From the human T2T-CHM13v2.0 reference genome, Homo sapiens, in assembly GCF_009914755.1 (NCBI RefSeq), contig NC_060929.1: a stretch of DNA of 64,000 nucleotides. The stretch is one strand, 5' to 3'. A program made the position numbers and the translations under genes. This document shows positions 1-14,161 of this stretch, piece after piece; positions within the stretch are counted from its first letter, which is position 1, and the number at the start of each line of letters is the position of its first letter. The notes under the pieces were generated by a model, which saw nothing but the letters and a program-made list of their open reading frames with translations, was not told the DNA's origin and searched no databases.

Positions 1-200
1 ATGAAGCCAACCCAGAGGAAAGCAGAGCCAAGCATCATATTTCTCCCAGCATCACTGGAGCATCTGGATGCAGCCATGCCTAAAGATTGGTCCTGCCTCC
101 ACCCACAACTTCTTAGTTTTGTCTGCCAAACAATTCCTTTTCTGGCTGAATGCCAGTCTGAGTTAGATTTCTATTACTTGGTAACTAAAGAGTCCTGGAG
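1..200 (+). mobile_element. 3' part of an old MaLR LTR (MLT1J/K/L-like), cut by the window edge
   Basis: Motifs 'gaagccaacccagaggaaagcagagcc', 'ctggatgcagccatgcct' and 'tgagttagatttctattacttggtaactaaagagtcctg' resemble MLT1 3' ends. Confidence 0.6.
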
Positions 201-594
201 AGTATAGAGCACATCTTTCTAGTTGATATGGCAGTCCCTGGGTGCCTACTTCAAATGTGATCCTGCACCTGGAGTTGGGATACAAATATTGAGTAAGGCA
301 GGGTCCATGAGGCTCAACCTTATTCCCACCATTCTTCCAGTGGAATTCCTCATGATGCCATTTGATTACAGCACATCCCAGAGCCATTTTGCAGTGTAAG
401 TTGCAGCACACATGCCATTATAAGTGGTGCGAAGACAAGAACTATTTACTTTATCTGATTACATAAGAATCCATATCTGAAACTGCCAGGCATATAATGG
501 GTACTCAGTAGATCTTACCTCCTTCTTCTTTCATATTACTCCTCTCATGGGTCTTGTTCATGGTTGTTGAATGAACTATACATTAATTACTGCC

Positions 595-830
595 TTTAAG
601 TAATACTAGATAACATTTATGGAACAATTATTATGTGCCAGGCATGAGTACTATCTCAATTAATTCTCACAGTAACATAAGGTATGAACTATTCTTCCTT
701 TTGTACAAGTGGACAAACCTCAACAAAGTAAAGCTTGAAGAGTTAAAACAATCCCATCCCTAGTCTCACAGCTAGTAAGCTGCAGAATGAGGACTCCAAC
801 TCAGATATCTCTCACACTAAACTATTATTT
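595..830 (-). mobile_element. MIR SINE remnant
   Basis: 'taacatttatggaacaattattatgtgccaggca' and 'tcacagctagtaagctgcagaatgaggactccaactcag' match the MIR core. Confidence 0.6.
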
Positions 831-1919
831 ATTTAGCTCATAGTCACCAACTGTATAAAATGCATACGATTTTCTGCTTGAAAAACTCTAAAATACCTGT
901 TTTGAATCAAGTTATATTTGCTAGGCTAAAAATCCTTGAAAGCTTAGGAAGTCAGTTCTCCAATTAGTGCAGCAGTACTGTCCAGGCTATGGAAGCAACT
1001 TAGCAGCATTTGGGGAGGTGGATAGGCTAAGTTAAAATTTGGAAGACATTGCCATAAGCCAATCGCAGAAGTAAATTGCCTGAGCTTTGTTCTTTCCACA
1101 TCAGCCACAGATGTGAAGAAAATGACAAGAGTAGAAATTGCAAGAGCCTTTGCTAAAAAGTATTGCAAATCCTGTGGCTGTCAGCCAGGAGAAAGCAGTG
1201 TCTCTGGTTGTCACAAGTGCATAAAAGAACAAAGAATTGCAGGCTGTGGGGAAAAATGATGGGGCTGGAAATGAAGAGCTTATGAGGAAACAGAAAATAA
1301 AAATCTAACCAAGGATAAATGGAGATGAAAGGGACTTGAAGTTTTCAGGAAGACCTGTACAAAGTTCAAATGAGTAAATGTAGGGAAATATGCCATTTGT
1401 GGAGCTGCAAGGTAAGTTTTCTACTCCTACCCTCTCAAGAAATAGAACAGGCTCACTATTAAAATTCTGGTAGTTTTTTGCCGGAGAAGGAAATGAATCC
1501 ACAGGCAAATTGAAAAGGATGACCATATAATCTAGTTTTTTTCTTACAGTACAATATAAAATTAAATATTTGTTATAGACTAAAAATATCCTTGAAAAAG
1601 GCAGCTTTTTTTCCCATCTTAATTTTCTGATGGGCCTTATGCAGAGTCCTTAGGTAAATTGCTCCCAGGAGTCATGGCACTGTCCCCAGCCTATTCCTGT
1701 GGTCTCATTGAGAGCTGGAGACATAAGGGGAAGACGGGGACATAGGGATGTACCCTGGTCTTAGGAGACCTGCTGGAGAAAAGAGAAGAGGAGCTTCTGT
1801 TACATGTATTTTTCAGATTCTCATTTTTGATATCTGAAAAATAGACTATGAAAACACCTCTAGTGGTCATTTGCAGGGTTAAATGGATAACGTATGTAAA
1901 ATCATTCATCTCATTAACT

Positions 1920-2050
1920 AATATACTTTCCCACTAGTCTGAGAGCCCCATGATGGCAGAGACCACATCCCTTTTGTTCCCTCACTGCTGTGGCCATAGT
2001 GCCTGGCACAGAGGAGAGGCTAAACAAATATGTGTTGGATTAAATAAATA
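1920..2050 (-). mobile_element. L2 3' end remnant
   Basis: 'gagccccatgatggcagagacca' and 'gtgcctggcacagaggagaggctaaacaaatatgtgttgga' are typical of the L2 tail. Confidence 0.6.
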
Positions 2051-2686
2051 CCTGTTGGTTATGCATTCACAAAGATGAAAAATGAGTTTTCTCTTATGTT
2101 AATTCAAAAGTAATTTGTGATAAGCAAATAATTTCCAAAGCTAAATTTGCCCCTAAGTAATCAAAGAGATCCTGAAGATGAACTAAAATGGTCATTCACA
2201 TTTAATGACAGAAACAGAGGGACAACGGGCTCTGAGGACATTTCCTCATAATAATGACAGAGTCCTTTCTAATCGATATGCTCTGTTTAGAGACCATCAT
2301 CTTAATCAAAAGACACCTTAAGTGACAATTTACATGTGGTCCTTTAAAAGTGCCAAGTAGCAAGGAAAAAAATCCCTTGAACATCATTCTTTTTTGCATC
2401 TGTTCCCAGAAGGAATGAAAACAACATAGCAATTAAAATTTGCTAGGTGATGCTGAAAAACCATTACAATTTTGCTATTCTTCTTTCTAGTACCAGCTTA
2501 GAGATAACACTTCCAAAAAGCCTTTCTCTGCATTGGAGATATATAAATTATTAGAGAGGTAGGAATAAGAGATACTAATCGTATTGATAGATAAGATCTG
2601 TTGTGGGCTATGGTAGCACATATGAGAGCTGGGTGGTGAGGAAGAGGAGGTAGGGAGGGGAGGGCATGCCGAGAAACTAGTACTAG

Positions 2687-3095
<409 letters not shown>

Positions 3096-3882
3096 GAAAC
3101 TATCATTCTTATTTCATAGGTGATATAATACTTCAGCTGTCTGAAAGTAAGTCACTCTCCAAAATTCATACTATTTCTACTATACTAGCATTTTACAACT
3201 TTTCTTTTGTTTCTGGTCCATCTATCCTTTTCACAAGATTAAATACTTGTGACTCTATTAAAGATTATTGTAATTATTCTTTCATTTTCACATAATTTAT
3301 TTTTTTAATTCTAAAATACTTTGTTAGATGAGTGTAAGTTAATGGCCATATTATAGGGTGTAATTTTAATGTTTATAATCTTTGATTACATTTATAATGT
3401 ATAACAATTAATTTTTGTCCATTTAACAAATATCACACGTTGAATTTACTACAAAAAAATAAGAAAAATCATGATTTGGCAATATGTAAATTTATAAACA
3501 TTATATCATTTTTGGCTTAGAGATTAAAACCATAATGAAATATAGATTGTTTATGGATCATGACATCAACAATGAATAAAAGCTGCCTTCATGTAATGTT
3601 TAGAAGTTTTGAATGTTTTATTTAAAAATCAGTTAGTTAATTTTGATAATTTCCATGTTTTATTTCTAAATTACAAGATAAGCTGGAAGGTATTAGGCTG
3701 CTATTGGCAATCATTTACCCATAAGTGAGATGTTCCAGATGTTGGTAGCCTTTATTACTAATAAAGAAAAAGCTATATCAGTTCTATTTTTCACAGTGCT
3801 TTCTCTTTTCAGTGTTTTCTTTCTTAGCAGAGACTCCCTACTGGCCTATATTATGAGCATATACATATGCCCTACACATCTT

Positions 3883-4184
3883 TTCTAAAACGTTAAAACA
3901 ATTTATTTTTTCACACAGGGTCTCACTATGTTAACCTGGCTAGAGTGCAGTGGTGTGATCATAGCTCACTGTATCCTTCTGGGCTTGAATGATCTTCCTG
4001 CATCAGCCTTCTGAATAACTAGGACTACAGGTGCGCACCACCATACCTGGCTAATTTTATTTTTGGTAGAGATGAGGTCTCACTATGTGGCCAAGGCTGG
4101 TCTTGAATTCCTGGCCTCAAGTGATCCTCCCGCCTTGACCTCCCAAACTGCTGGGATTACAGGCATGAGCCACTGCAACTGTCC
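3883..4184 (-). mobile_element. AluJ (old, diverged)
   Basis: 'cagggtctcactatgtt', 'atcatagctcactg' and 'ctggcctcaagtgatcctccc' are AluJ-type; TSD CTACACATCTT at 3872-3882 and 4189-4199. Confidence 0.9.
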
Positions 4185-4221
4185 TGATCTACACATCTTA
4201 TGGGGAACATCTTAAGGCACA

Positions 4222-4575
4222 TATCTTAGTTAGTTCTACTATAACAAAATACCATAGACTGGGTGGCTTAAACAACAGGAATTTATTTCTCACAGCACTG
4301 GAGGCTAGAAGTCCAAGATCATGGTGCTGTGACCATTTGGTTCCCAGATGAAGTCTTTCTTCCTGGCTTCTCATGTCTTCTCATGTGGTAGAACGAGAGC
4401 TCTGGTATCTCTTCCTTGTCTGAATAAGGGCAATAATCCTATTATGAGGGTACAGCTTTATGACCTCATCTAAACCTAAAATACTTCCCAAAGGCCTCAT
4501 CTTAAAATAACCATCACATTGTGGGTTAGGGCATCAGTATGTAAATTGTCGGGGACATAAACGTTCAGTGCATAA
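4222..4575 (-). mobile_element. MaLR solo LTR (MLT1A-like)
   Basis: 'ataacaaaataccatagactgggtggcttaaacaacaggaatttatttctcacag' and 'ggaggctagaagtccaagatc' are canonical MLT1 antisense sequence. Confidence 0.85.
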
Positions 4576-5499
4576 TAGCACATTTGTAGAAATGCTTTGG
4601 CCCAGACAAGTGGGGCCCCACCTCACTCTTTGGGATTTGCTCTGTTTCTTGTCCTAATAGACTGAGGGATCTGCAGGGCCAAGAAGATGTGCAGAGTCCA
4701 CACACTCCCTTCCAGGTGACTGAGTGCCTGGGACCCCAGAACTTCCTACTCAAATAGCCTGCCCTTGCTTCTGGGCCTGCAAGGTCCCTTTCCCCAAATC
4801 TTTCTTCTTGAGTGTGAACTACACTGCCACCCGAAAGCCTAGGAGATGGCTAAGGGGTAGCAGTTTGTAGGAGAAGAATGGTTGGAACTTGTTAAGTGCT
4901 GGCTGGGAGATCCACAGGCATGATACAAGATAGAACCAAAGATAGAAAGAGAAGGGAAAGAAGAGAGCTGGTTCTTCCCACGCCGCTGTGTCCCAGCACC
5001 CAACTTTGAAAAGTACAAAGATTTAACATATAAATCTCACCTGCCAGGTTACTAAGAAACTGTATTTATGAAGTTGGGAGGATAGAACAGATTTTATTTT
5101 GTGATTGGTTAGGTTGATTTGTAACATTAAAATGTGTAGACACCGATGTTTGAGGCTTCATTTGTACTTTCGCTCTATGATCCCAAATGTTAAGAGCAGG
5201 TCTGACAATCACTAATGCTCCTTAGGTGCACACTCATTAATGTGTATTTTAGTATTAGTGATTTTTATGCATCTACTCTTTAACTAATATTAAAGATCTA
5301 AACTAAACAATATATGACTGAGAATAAAAACAGCTATAAACCAAGCACTGGTCAAGCCATCTTGGGGGCCAGCAGTGTTGAGCTGAGAGATGATCCATCT
5401 GGTTGACTGAGTCTGAATTTGCTCTTCAGAGTTCTATCAATGGCCATTAGGATTCATGTGCTATATGCTACAAATCCCCTGAATTTCTCCCGTTAGAAG

Positions 5500-6240
5500 G
5501 AAAATATATATGCGATAGTTATTTGATTTACTAATTTGAAAAGTTTTATTTAACCCCTAATTCCCATTCCAAATCCCAGCCTGCCCTCCACCTCACAGGC
5601 TGCCCATGTGCACTTGTCTTATGTCCTGCAATTTGTGCCATTTTAAAGTACGTAGTGTTGTTTTTTGTGTGTGCTTTTAAAAAATGTAACTATGAAGGGC
5701 ATTGAGCTGTACATCTCATTTTCTTTCTTACTTTTTTCACCTAATGTTGTTTTTAAGATCTATTCAAATTGCTGTCTGAAATGAGTTTATTGCTTCTAAT
5801 TACTGCGTAGTGTTCATAGAACATGAATATCATCTTTTACTTGTCAATTCCCCCAGTGATGGACACCTAGGTAGCTTCCAACTCTCTACTAGCACAAATA
5901 CAGTATGGTCATAATGAGCATATTTTATGTGATCCTTCCCAACCTGGGTGAGTATTTCTCTACCGTATTTACCCAGGAATGGTATTGCTTGTAGGGCTTA
6001 AGCACACTTATTTCATTAAATATTGCTGGATTGTTTCCCAGAACTGCTGTACCTATTTTAACTTTTGTGGGTAGTTTAAAAGTGTTCTATCTTTCTACAT
6101 CTTCATCTATACTTGGTACTATCTACTTTTCAAATTTTTGCCATTCTGAGCCATGTAAGGGGCATCTATCTCATTGTTTTAATTTATCAGTATCTCTATT
6201 ATTTTAATTTGTATTTTTTGAACGATCATTATTGATATTT
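5500..6240 (-). mobile_element. Old L1 (L1ME-like) 3' fragment
   Basis: 'gtgatggacacctaggtagcttccaa', 'acccaggaatggtattgct' and 'ttttgccattctga' match antisense L1 ORF2 end/3'UTR. Confidence 0.7.
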
Positions 6241-6539
6241 TAGAAAGAATAGTTAAAGGTTGTTAAAAAAGATTACACTTTCCTTTTCCATCCTCATGTT
6301 GTTTGTTTTGTCTTCTTGTTTGACTTGCATCTACTTTTTTTTTAATGTTCTTGTCCTCAATGAATAATGTAAACTCATTCATTCATTCAGCAAACATTTT
6401 TGTTTGTGTGTATGCTATACGCTAGGTACATAAATAAAAATTTGGCCATCTTATAAAATACGAAGTGCTAGTGTGTGTTGCATGTGTGCATGTGTGTGCG
6501 TGTTTAATTTATAAGAAGGATATTGAACTCTGTCATTCT

Positions 6540-6700
6540 GTTTCTTGTTGTTGCTGTTGTTTTTCTTATTTCTTCACCACCATTTCTTTTTTATTCCTCG
6601 CCCACCTCCTCTGCTACCTTTTCTTTCTCCCCCTTCCTTTCTTCTCTGTCTTCCTTCTTTTTTCCTCCTTCTTCCTTCCTTTTTCTTTTCATCCTTTACT
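6540..6700. repeat. CT-rich low-complexity tract
   Basis: Nearly pure polypyrimidine run. Confidence 0.8.
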
Positions 6701-9694
6701 TAATACTATTTTAAGAAATATCCATCTTGCTATATGTACAATACACCTAACTCAATTTTTCATTTTTTACTTGAGTTTTTAGGTATTTTTTTGAGCTTTT
6801 CCAAAGAAAAATTCTACAGGTTAATTGCTAAAAAGAAAAGTAGAATTATTAAATAAGTGGAAGCAGAGAAAAGATTAATGGTGAAACAATTCTGGGATGT
6901 TTTTCCTTTAAAGAGAGACTATTTCTATAGGATTAGGGAAAATACATGTCTAACATGTGGTTATTCCCTTCTTAGAGACGGGACAGGTCTCTGATATTAA
7001 AGCCAGATCAGCATGATAGGTCTCACAGGCAAGAGTTTCCAAGGTTGCATTATCATCTCTCCACTTCATTTAAGATTAGAATGTCCCAGCATGTTCCTCA
7101 GGAGACAATTTTATGTTGAGTCAGAGAACTTGATGATGTGGTCAAATTGCACATCTATGTTCATTCATTGTCAACTCTGGTTTTTCTTTTTTATGTCCAT
7201 GACATGGGCCTTTAATTTGGATAATAAATCTGTATGGTTTTCTTCTGTGCTATGTGCCTTTCACACTAATGCTAAGCAAGCTGACTTTCAAGTTGTATTT
7301 TCTCCTAGTATCCAGGAAGAGTTCTGAGGGAGAGGAAAGAAAGGGGATTTCAGAATTCTAAGTGGTTATCAATTTGTGAATGAGCATATTTTTTGCCTAT
7401 GACCATTATGAAAGGCAACAACTCCATCTGGGGATAATCAGGAATTTGTGGAGGAACTCTTTTTTTAAAAAAAAAATTGGAATTGGACTGCCAGAGTGAA
7501 ATTTGTTTTCTGGATACTGACAGAGCAACTCCACCTTGAGAACAAGGTTCAGTAACTTAATAGTATTGTCTTCATCTCTTACTACTTACAACTCTGTCTT
7601 TCTGCAATTGATGCAAACAGTTATTTCACCTGTGGCCTCTTCTCTGTGCATTTTAAGGGGCTCCAGGTAGCAGAACTTCATTTTAGTACAGAGATGGAAA
7701 AGTGTTCTCCATACATGCAAAATAAAAAAGCCACACTAACCGTAGTTAAAGGGATTCAAGTGCCTTGATTTGGAATCTGATCCATGTTAAATGAATTTCC
7801 CTCATTGACTCATATGATGGATGTTCTACTGCTTTTTTATTGCCAAATGATAGTACTCAATTTATCAACAGATCTCCCTTTCTGACCAGTGTGATAACAC
7901 CGAAGGGCCCAGCAAAATCTAGAAATAGAAAGGTAGTTCTCTCAGGAGATAAGAATCTTAATCAATTACAGATTATATCTTGTTGGACTTGGCATATTGT
8001 TTTAATAGTCACAGAAAAAAACTCATTTGAATTAATGTTGCTTTATTTATAACTGCTTTGAAGAACTGAATACTGAAATAAAAATCTGTGTCACTTGCCA
8101 GTTTTCCAAAGTAATATCCATTCTCTTCCTCCACCCCTAGCTGCCCTTGCCAACTTTTTGTCATCTGCCTATCACTATACAGAAGGAAATAGGCATCCAC
8201 CTCTAGCAAATACCTGTTTTTCTTGGTGCTTTGTTAATTAATAAACACTTCTGGGAAACAAACAAAAAGACAAAAAACACCCCAAAGAAGCAAAAACAAT
8301 GGTCAGTGTAATCTCTTCTCAACTCCATTTTTGGATCATCTGTCTATAAATTTATCTTCATGACTACTGTAAAAATGATTTATCTTTCTATTGGTAGAAT
8401 TTCTTGGATGTCTGAATGAATTGGATAGGACTTGCCTTACATAGCCTAAGGTGATTTGATTTCAGGGTGATGGTCAGCCGTCTTCCCCAGCTGATTTCTC
8501 CGCCCAGCTCCATCCCATTAGCTGCTACCTGAGATTTAGCAATTACGTTTTGTTGGACTTAGAAGTCATTCCTACTTTAGTATGATTGTGCTTATCAGAT
8601 ATTTTCTTAAGGGGAATATTTTCAAGGGTGAAAAAGGGAAGAGTATTACAAAGACATTGGTTACAGTTTAGGTCAAGAAGAGATGGCAGATGAACTTCTG
8701 TTGAGAGCCGGCTCTGGACCTGAACTAATGTGACCCCCTACCCCAGACTCCAACTTGTTTCCTTTGCTTCTTACCAAAGGTTCATGCAATGTTATTGGAA
8801 ATGGAACTGGGTGTAGTTGTAAAGTCCTGGATTCAAGTCTTGGCTCTCATTTGATCTGTTGTTTCCTCTTACAAAATGAAAACAATAATCTTTACCTCAC
8901 AGGGAGTCAATCTGATAAAATATGTTGAAAGGTAATACTGGTATTATTCCTAAGTACATATAAATATTTCCCTACCATTAAGGTTTCCCCTTGGAAATTA
9001 TTATTTTCCACACAACGCTGGAGATTTTCTCATTCCTTGGGGTGCATCACAAGCTCCCCACCTGTACACCCTTATTAGAGTTTTGACATATCCGGCTTGG
9101 TGTTTGACAGTGTAGAAAACTCTCTTGTTATTGCTCCAGCTGTGGTTGCTACTTGTCATGTCTTACTACATCGTGTCTGGCCTACATTAACTTCTGTGTG
9201 TTATTACCCAGAAATGGATAAGAAGACAGGGCATTCTTTTCATTAAGAAAAACCATTCTGAGCTACAGAAATTTTTAGATGAAATGCTAGGCACATAGGA
9301 GGAGGCTAATCTTTTCTCCTACTCTGCTGTCATTTCTAAAATGCATGCATAATGCCAGAATTCAGAGGCCATCTTAGGTCCAGCTGACTTCCTATAACAC
9401 CCCCTTAGGCAAAGTTAGAGTAGTTAAAATACTATGTGTGTTTTTAGAAAAGTGCTGGCATAATCCTGTGTCTTCTTAAATTGTCTTAATATAAAGGTTT
9501 GTTTAGTTTTGAAAGCATTTTTATTAATAGTGTGGCAACTCATATTGTGAGTTTGGGAAAATCACATTCTTAGGACTATCTGATATAACCAAAGGTTGTT
9601 AGCAGCAATTAAACTTCAGAAAATACTGGCTTTCCCTAGGTTAATGAAATATTTATATGCCAACACCTGTATCAAATAAAAGCCTGGAGTGCCT

Positions 9695-9866
9695 TAGTCC
9701 CTTGCCACTCACAGTGTGATTCAGAACCTGCACCATCAGCAACACCCAACAGCTTGTTAGAAATGCAGACTCCTAGGCCCTGCCCAGACCTACTGAATCA
9801 GAATCCTCATTTTAACAAGGTGTCTGCTGGTGACTTGTATGTACATCGGAGTTCAAGAATGCTGCC
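9695..9866. mobile_element. MER5A-like hAT-Charlie MITE
   Basis: 'cttgttagaaatgcagactcctaggccctgcccagacctactgaatcagaatc' followed by 'cattttaacaag'. Confidence 0.85.
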
Positions 9867-9987
9867 TTAGTAGACTTTATTCTTTTAAAAAAGAATGAAG
9901 AAGCCCAAAATTATTTGCTGCCCTTGTCACATAATAATAATCAATCAGGAAAGCAGTTTAATTGGTAACTTTTTCATCTGTGTAGAT

Positions 9988-10322
9988 CAGCACTAATCAA
10001 AAGAAATATAATGTGAGCTACATGTGTAATTTTACATTTTGAGTTGCCACATTAAAAAGGTAAAAAGAAACAGACAAAATTAATTTTAATAATGTTCTAT
10101 TTAACCCAATACTTCCAAAATAGTATAATTTCAGCAGGTAATCATTGTGAAAAAATATTAACGACATATTCTACATTTTAATCTTCATAATAATGATAAT
10201 GTTTTATAATAAATTCTTTTGTATATATTATACTTACTGCACATCTCCATTCAGTCTAACCATATTTCAAGTGCTCGATAGCCACATGTGGCGAGTGGCT
10301 GCCACTTTGACCGAACGATTGC
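9988..10322. mobile_element. MER33-like hAT-Charlie element
   Basis: 'aatataatgtgagctacatgtgtaatttt', 'ccacattaaaaaggtaaaaagaaacag' and 'tttcaagtgctcgatagccacatgtggcgagtggct'. Confidence 0.85.
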
Positions 10323-10814
10323 AGATGATGATGTATCTGCCATCCCACTCCAGGGTCCATTGAATTGTCTTTCCTGTGGTGGTGAAAGGGTAGGAAAACT
10401 ATGCAAACACTCACTCCTTGGTTTATTCATTACTGAAAGCCTAGTATGTGTCAGACTTAGTGCTACGTTGGAGGGAAGCAGACGTGAGTAACACCCACGT
10501 AGTTTAGAAAATAATTACAATATCACACGTAAAGCACTATAGACACATGGAAGACAGCATGAGCATTGCTAAAGGCAGAAATACAACATGAGAGTGAGAA
10601 GGCTGCACTCTGGAGTCAAATGGACTCATGCTCTAAGAGTCACATCAGCCCTTTGGGCTTTCAAAAGGAGTTAGTGACAAATCCTTCTTAAAGGGTTGTT
10701 ATAAAGATAAAATGATAATTGGCTATAAATTTTCTGAAAAAAGTATACTGTATTGATTTACAGTTATTGTTATTATAAGGAAGATAATAATAAATTTGAG
10801 TGTTTATTGTTGAA

Positions 10815-11370
10815 TGGAGTTTCACAAGTATATCAGTCAGGATCCACCAATTATGACCATTTTGCCTCCTTTCTTATCTGTCTGTCTATCATCTATCTAT
10901 CTTAATCTTTTTCCTGAGCCATTTAAGAATAATTTGCAGACATCAAGTCCATTTTTTCCTAAACATGTTGGTATGTAGTTCCTAAGAACAAGAACATTTT
11001 CTTAAATAATCAGAGCGTAATTATTAATATCAGGAGTCTAAAACACAATGTTATTGTCTAATCCACAGTCCATATTAGTATTTTCCCAACTGTGCAATGT
11101 ATCTTTCATAGTTCTTTCTTTTCCTTCTCATTCTAAGATTTAATAAGGATTATATATTATATCCAGTTGTCTTATCTCTGTAATCTCCTGGAATCTAGAA
11201 CAGTTCTTCAGACTTCATGTGTATGAGTGTTTATAGTAAGAGTGTAGTGGTGGGGAGGGTAAAAGACCTTGACATTTTTAGACTCTATTACTTCTGTAGA
11301 CTATCCCTCAACTTGGATTTTTCTGATGTCTTCTCATGATTAAATTCAGATTACATATTTTTGGCAGGTC
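10815..11370 (-). mobile_element. L1MC-type 3'UTR fragment
   Basis: 'ttcctaagaacaagaacattttcttaaataatc' and 'ttggatttttctgatgtcttctcatgattaaattcagattacatatttttggcagg'. Confidence 0.7.
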
Positions 11371-11785
11371 AGTAAGAATTTCTGAAAATACTCTTTAATG
11401 AAGGTACCAGTAATAGCAGGAAGGCAACACCACCCCAAGATCTGATGGGAAGGGAACAGGAATGATGTTCTTGTGTTCTAGTTGGGAGCTGTAGCTGCAG
11501 GAGGGGCCTACCTTATTGAAGCTGTGATTACCCAGGGATGCTGCCTTGGCTAGACCCATGGCAAAGTGGAATGTAGAAGGAAGAGTAAATACCCTGGCTT
11601 TTCTCTGTTTCTGTCCTTGGATCATTCGCAAGTGCTCTCATTGGCTGAGCCCATCAAGAAGTGAAGAGGCGAGGCAATCTGGGTGATTTAGAACTTAGCA
11701 GTCAGTCTGCTGGGGCGGTGAGAATGGTACAGTAAAACAGAGTGAATCCTAATGGGTTTCGGAGAAGTAGAAAATAACCAGCACA
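11370..11785 (-). mobile_element. Old ERVL-type LTR (LTR33-like)
   Basis: 'gtgctctcattggctgagcccatcaagaag' and terminal 'aaaataaccagcaca' resemble antisense ERVL LTRs; subfamily uncertain. Confidence 0.45.
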
Positions 11786-11799
11786 CCAGGTTAAAAAAA

Positions 11800-12920
<1,121 letters not shown>

Positions 12921-13986
12921 TTCAGATGTGTTTGGCTGGAAAGAATACTACATGTAGCCACTTTAGTTGTTGATATAATTGGCCTATCCAAGAATAGCAC
13001 TTGTGAACTTTGGTCTCATTATCATTGTGATCTCCCAGCTGGCCCAGACTCATAAAGGACACATAATTTACTACTTTGAAAGGATAGCTGTGTGGCAAAC
13101 AAGGCATTAATCTCTAGGAACATGACAAAAACTCTAGCTCATTACTGAAGGTGCAGCTTGCCTTGAATGAAGTACACTTGGTTTGTTCTAAGCTCTGCCA
13201 GTATTTTGTCACATGATCTTTCATACACCAGTTAACATCCACTTGGGAATTGAGTGCTTTTTGAGCTCCTAAACAGGGAATTATGTTTTTCCCATTAGAA
13301 AATTATTTTATGAAAATATTTCTAAGTTCCTGAATTAGAAGGATAGATTTTTTAAAATGTTCTATGCAAGATTATGTCTAGATCTTGATCAAAATGCAAA
13401 AGTCTGTTACACTAAATAGATCCTAAATTAGTGTTTCATAATAGGCGGAAGTAGGTGTATTATATATTTTTCACTTTTGGAAGGCAAATGGAAAACAATT
13501 TTGCATGTGGAATAGGAATCATTTAAGGAACTAAGGAAACCACTAATCTAGCTTAATGCTTTCTATTACTTAGGAAACATTTATTTTATCCCTTGGTTAC
13601 TGGCAGTTCTATTATGGTTTGCAGACAACAATAGAAGATTTTATGTTTTATGCTTCACTGGAAAAAAAAAATAGTTCTCAGATATTTGGCCTCAGATAAT
13701 TGTGAATCCCACTGAGGATGCATTGCATGTTTTCTGAGACTATGCTTTTTTAAACCGTGAGGAAGCACAGAACACAATTTATCCCGGGAGCTTTCCATTA
13801 GGATCTATACGATCTTTTCGTGGATTGTTAATATATACTATATATGGTTGTATTGTATATTATATCTCTTATTAACTCTAGTGCCATCACTAATGGTTTA
13901 ATATATAACTGTATGTGCCTCAAGGGAGCAGTTTGTGTGTTTTACTGGCAAGGAGCACAAAAAAAATTCTCCCTGCTGTTTCCCTC

Positions 13987-14161
13987 TATTATAAATTAAT
14001 ATCCACTACCAAGGGACCTCTTATGATATAAAATTGTCATCCTGTGAGTGGTATGGATGAAATTACCATGGAGAAAATCTGAGTGCTAACCAGAGTACAA
14101 ATAAGACACCGCCTATACTGCTGCAAGTAGGACCCCTGGTGTCTTATATTAATTTATAATA
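13987..14161. repeat. 175-bp palindromic element with ~33-bp imperfect terminal inverted repeats
   Basis: TATTATAAATTAATAT (13987-14002) is the exact reverse complement of 14146-14161; pairing continues inward (ACCAAGGGACCT vs reverse complement ACCAGGGGTCCT). Confidence 0.75.

Noticed and set aside
1401-1416. Isolated consensus donors (1411; also ~21438, ~54585 and minus-strand ~60160)
   Set aside because: GTAAGT hexamers are expected many times in 64 kb, and I could not pair these with a convincing acceptor or frame
6465-6782. Hydrophobic membrane-protein-like ORFs (also 61966-62415)
   Set aside because: They arise from CT/GA low-complexity tracts that lack stop codons
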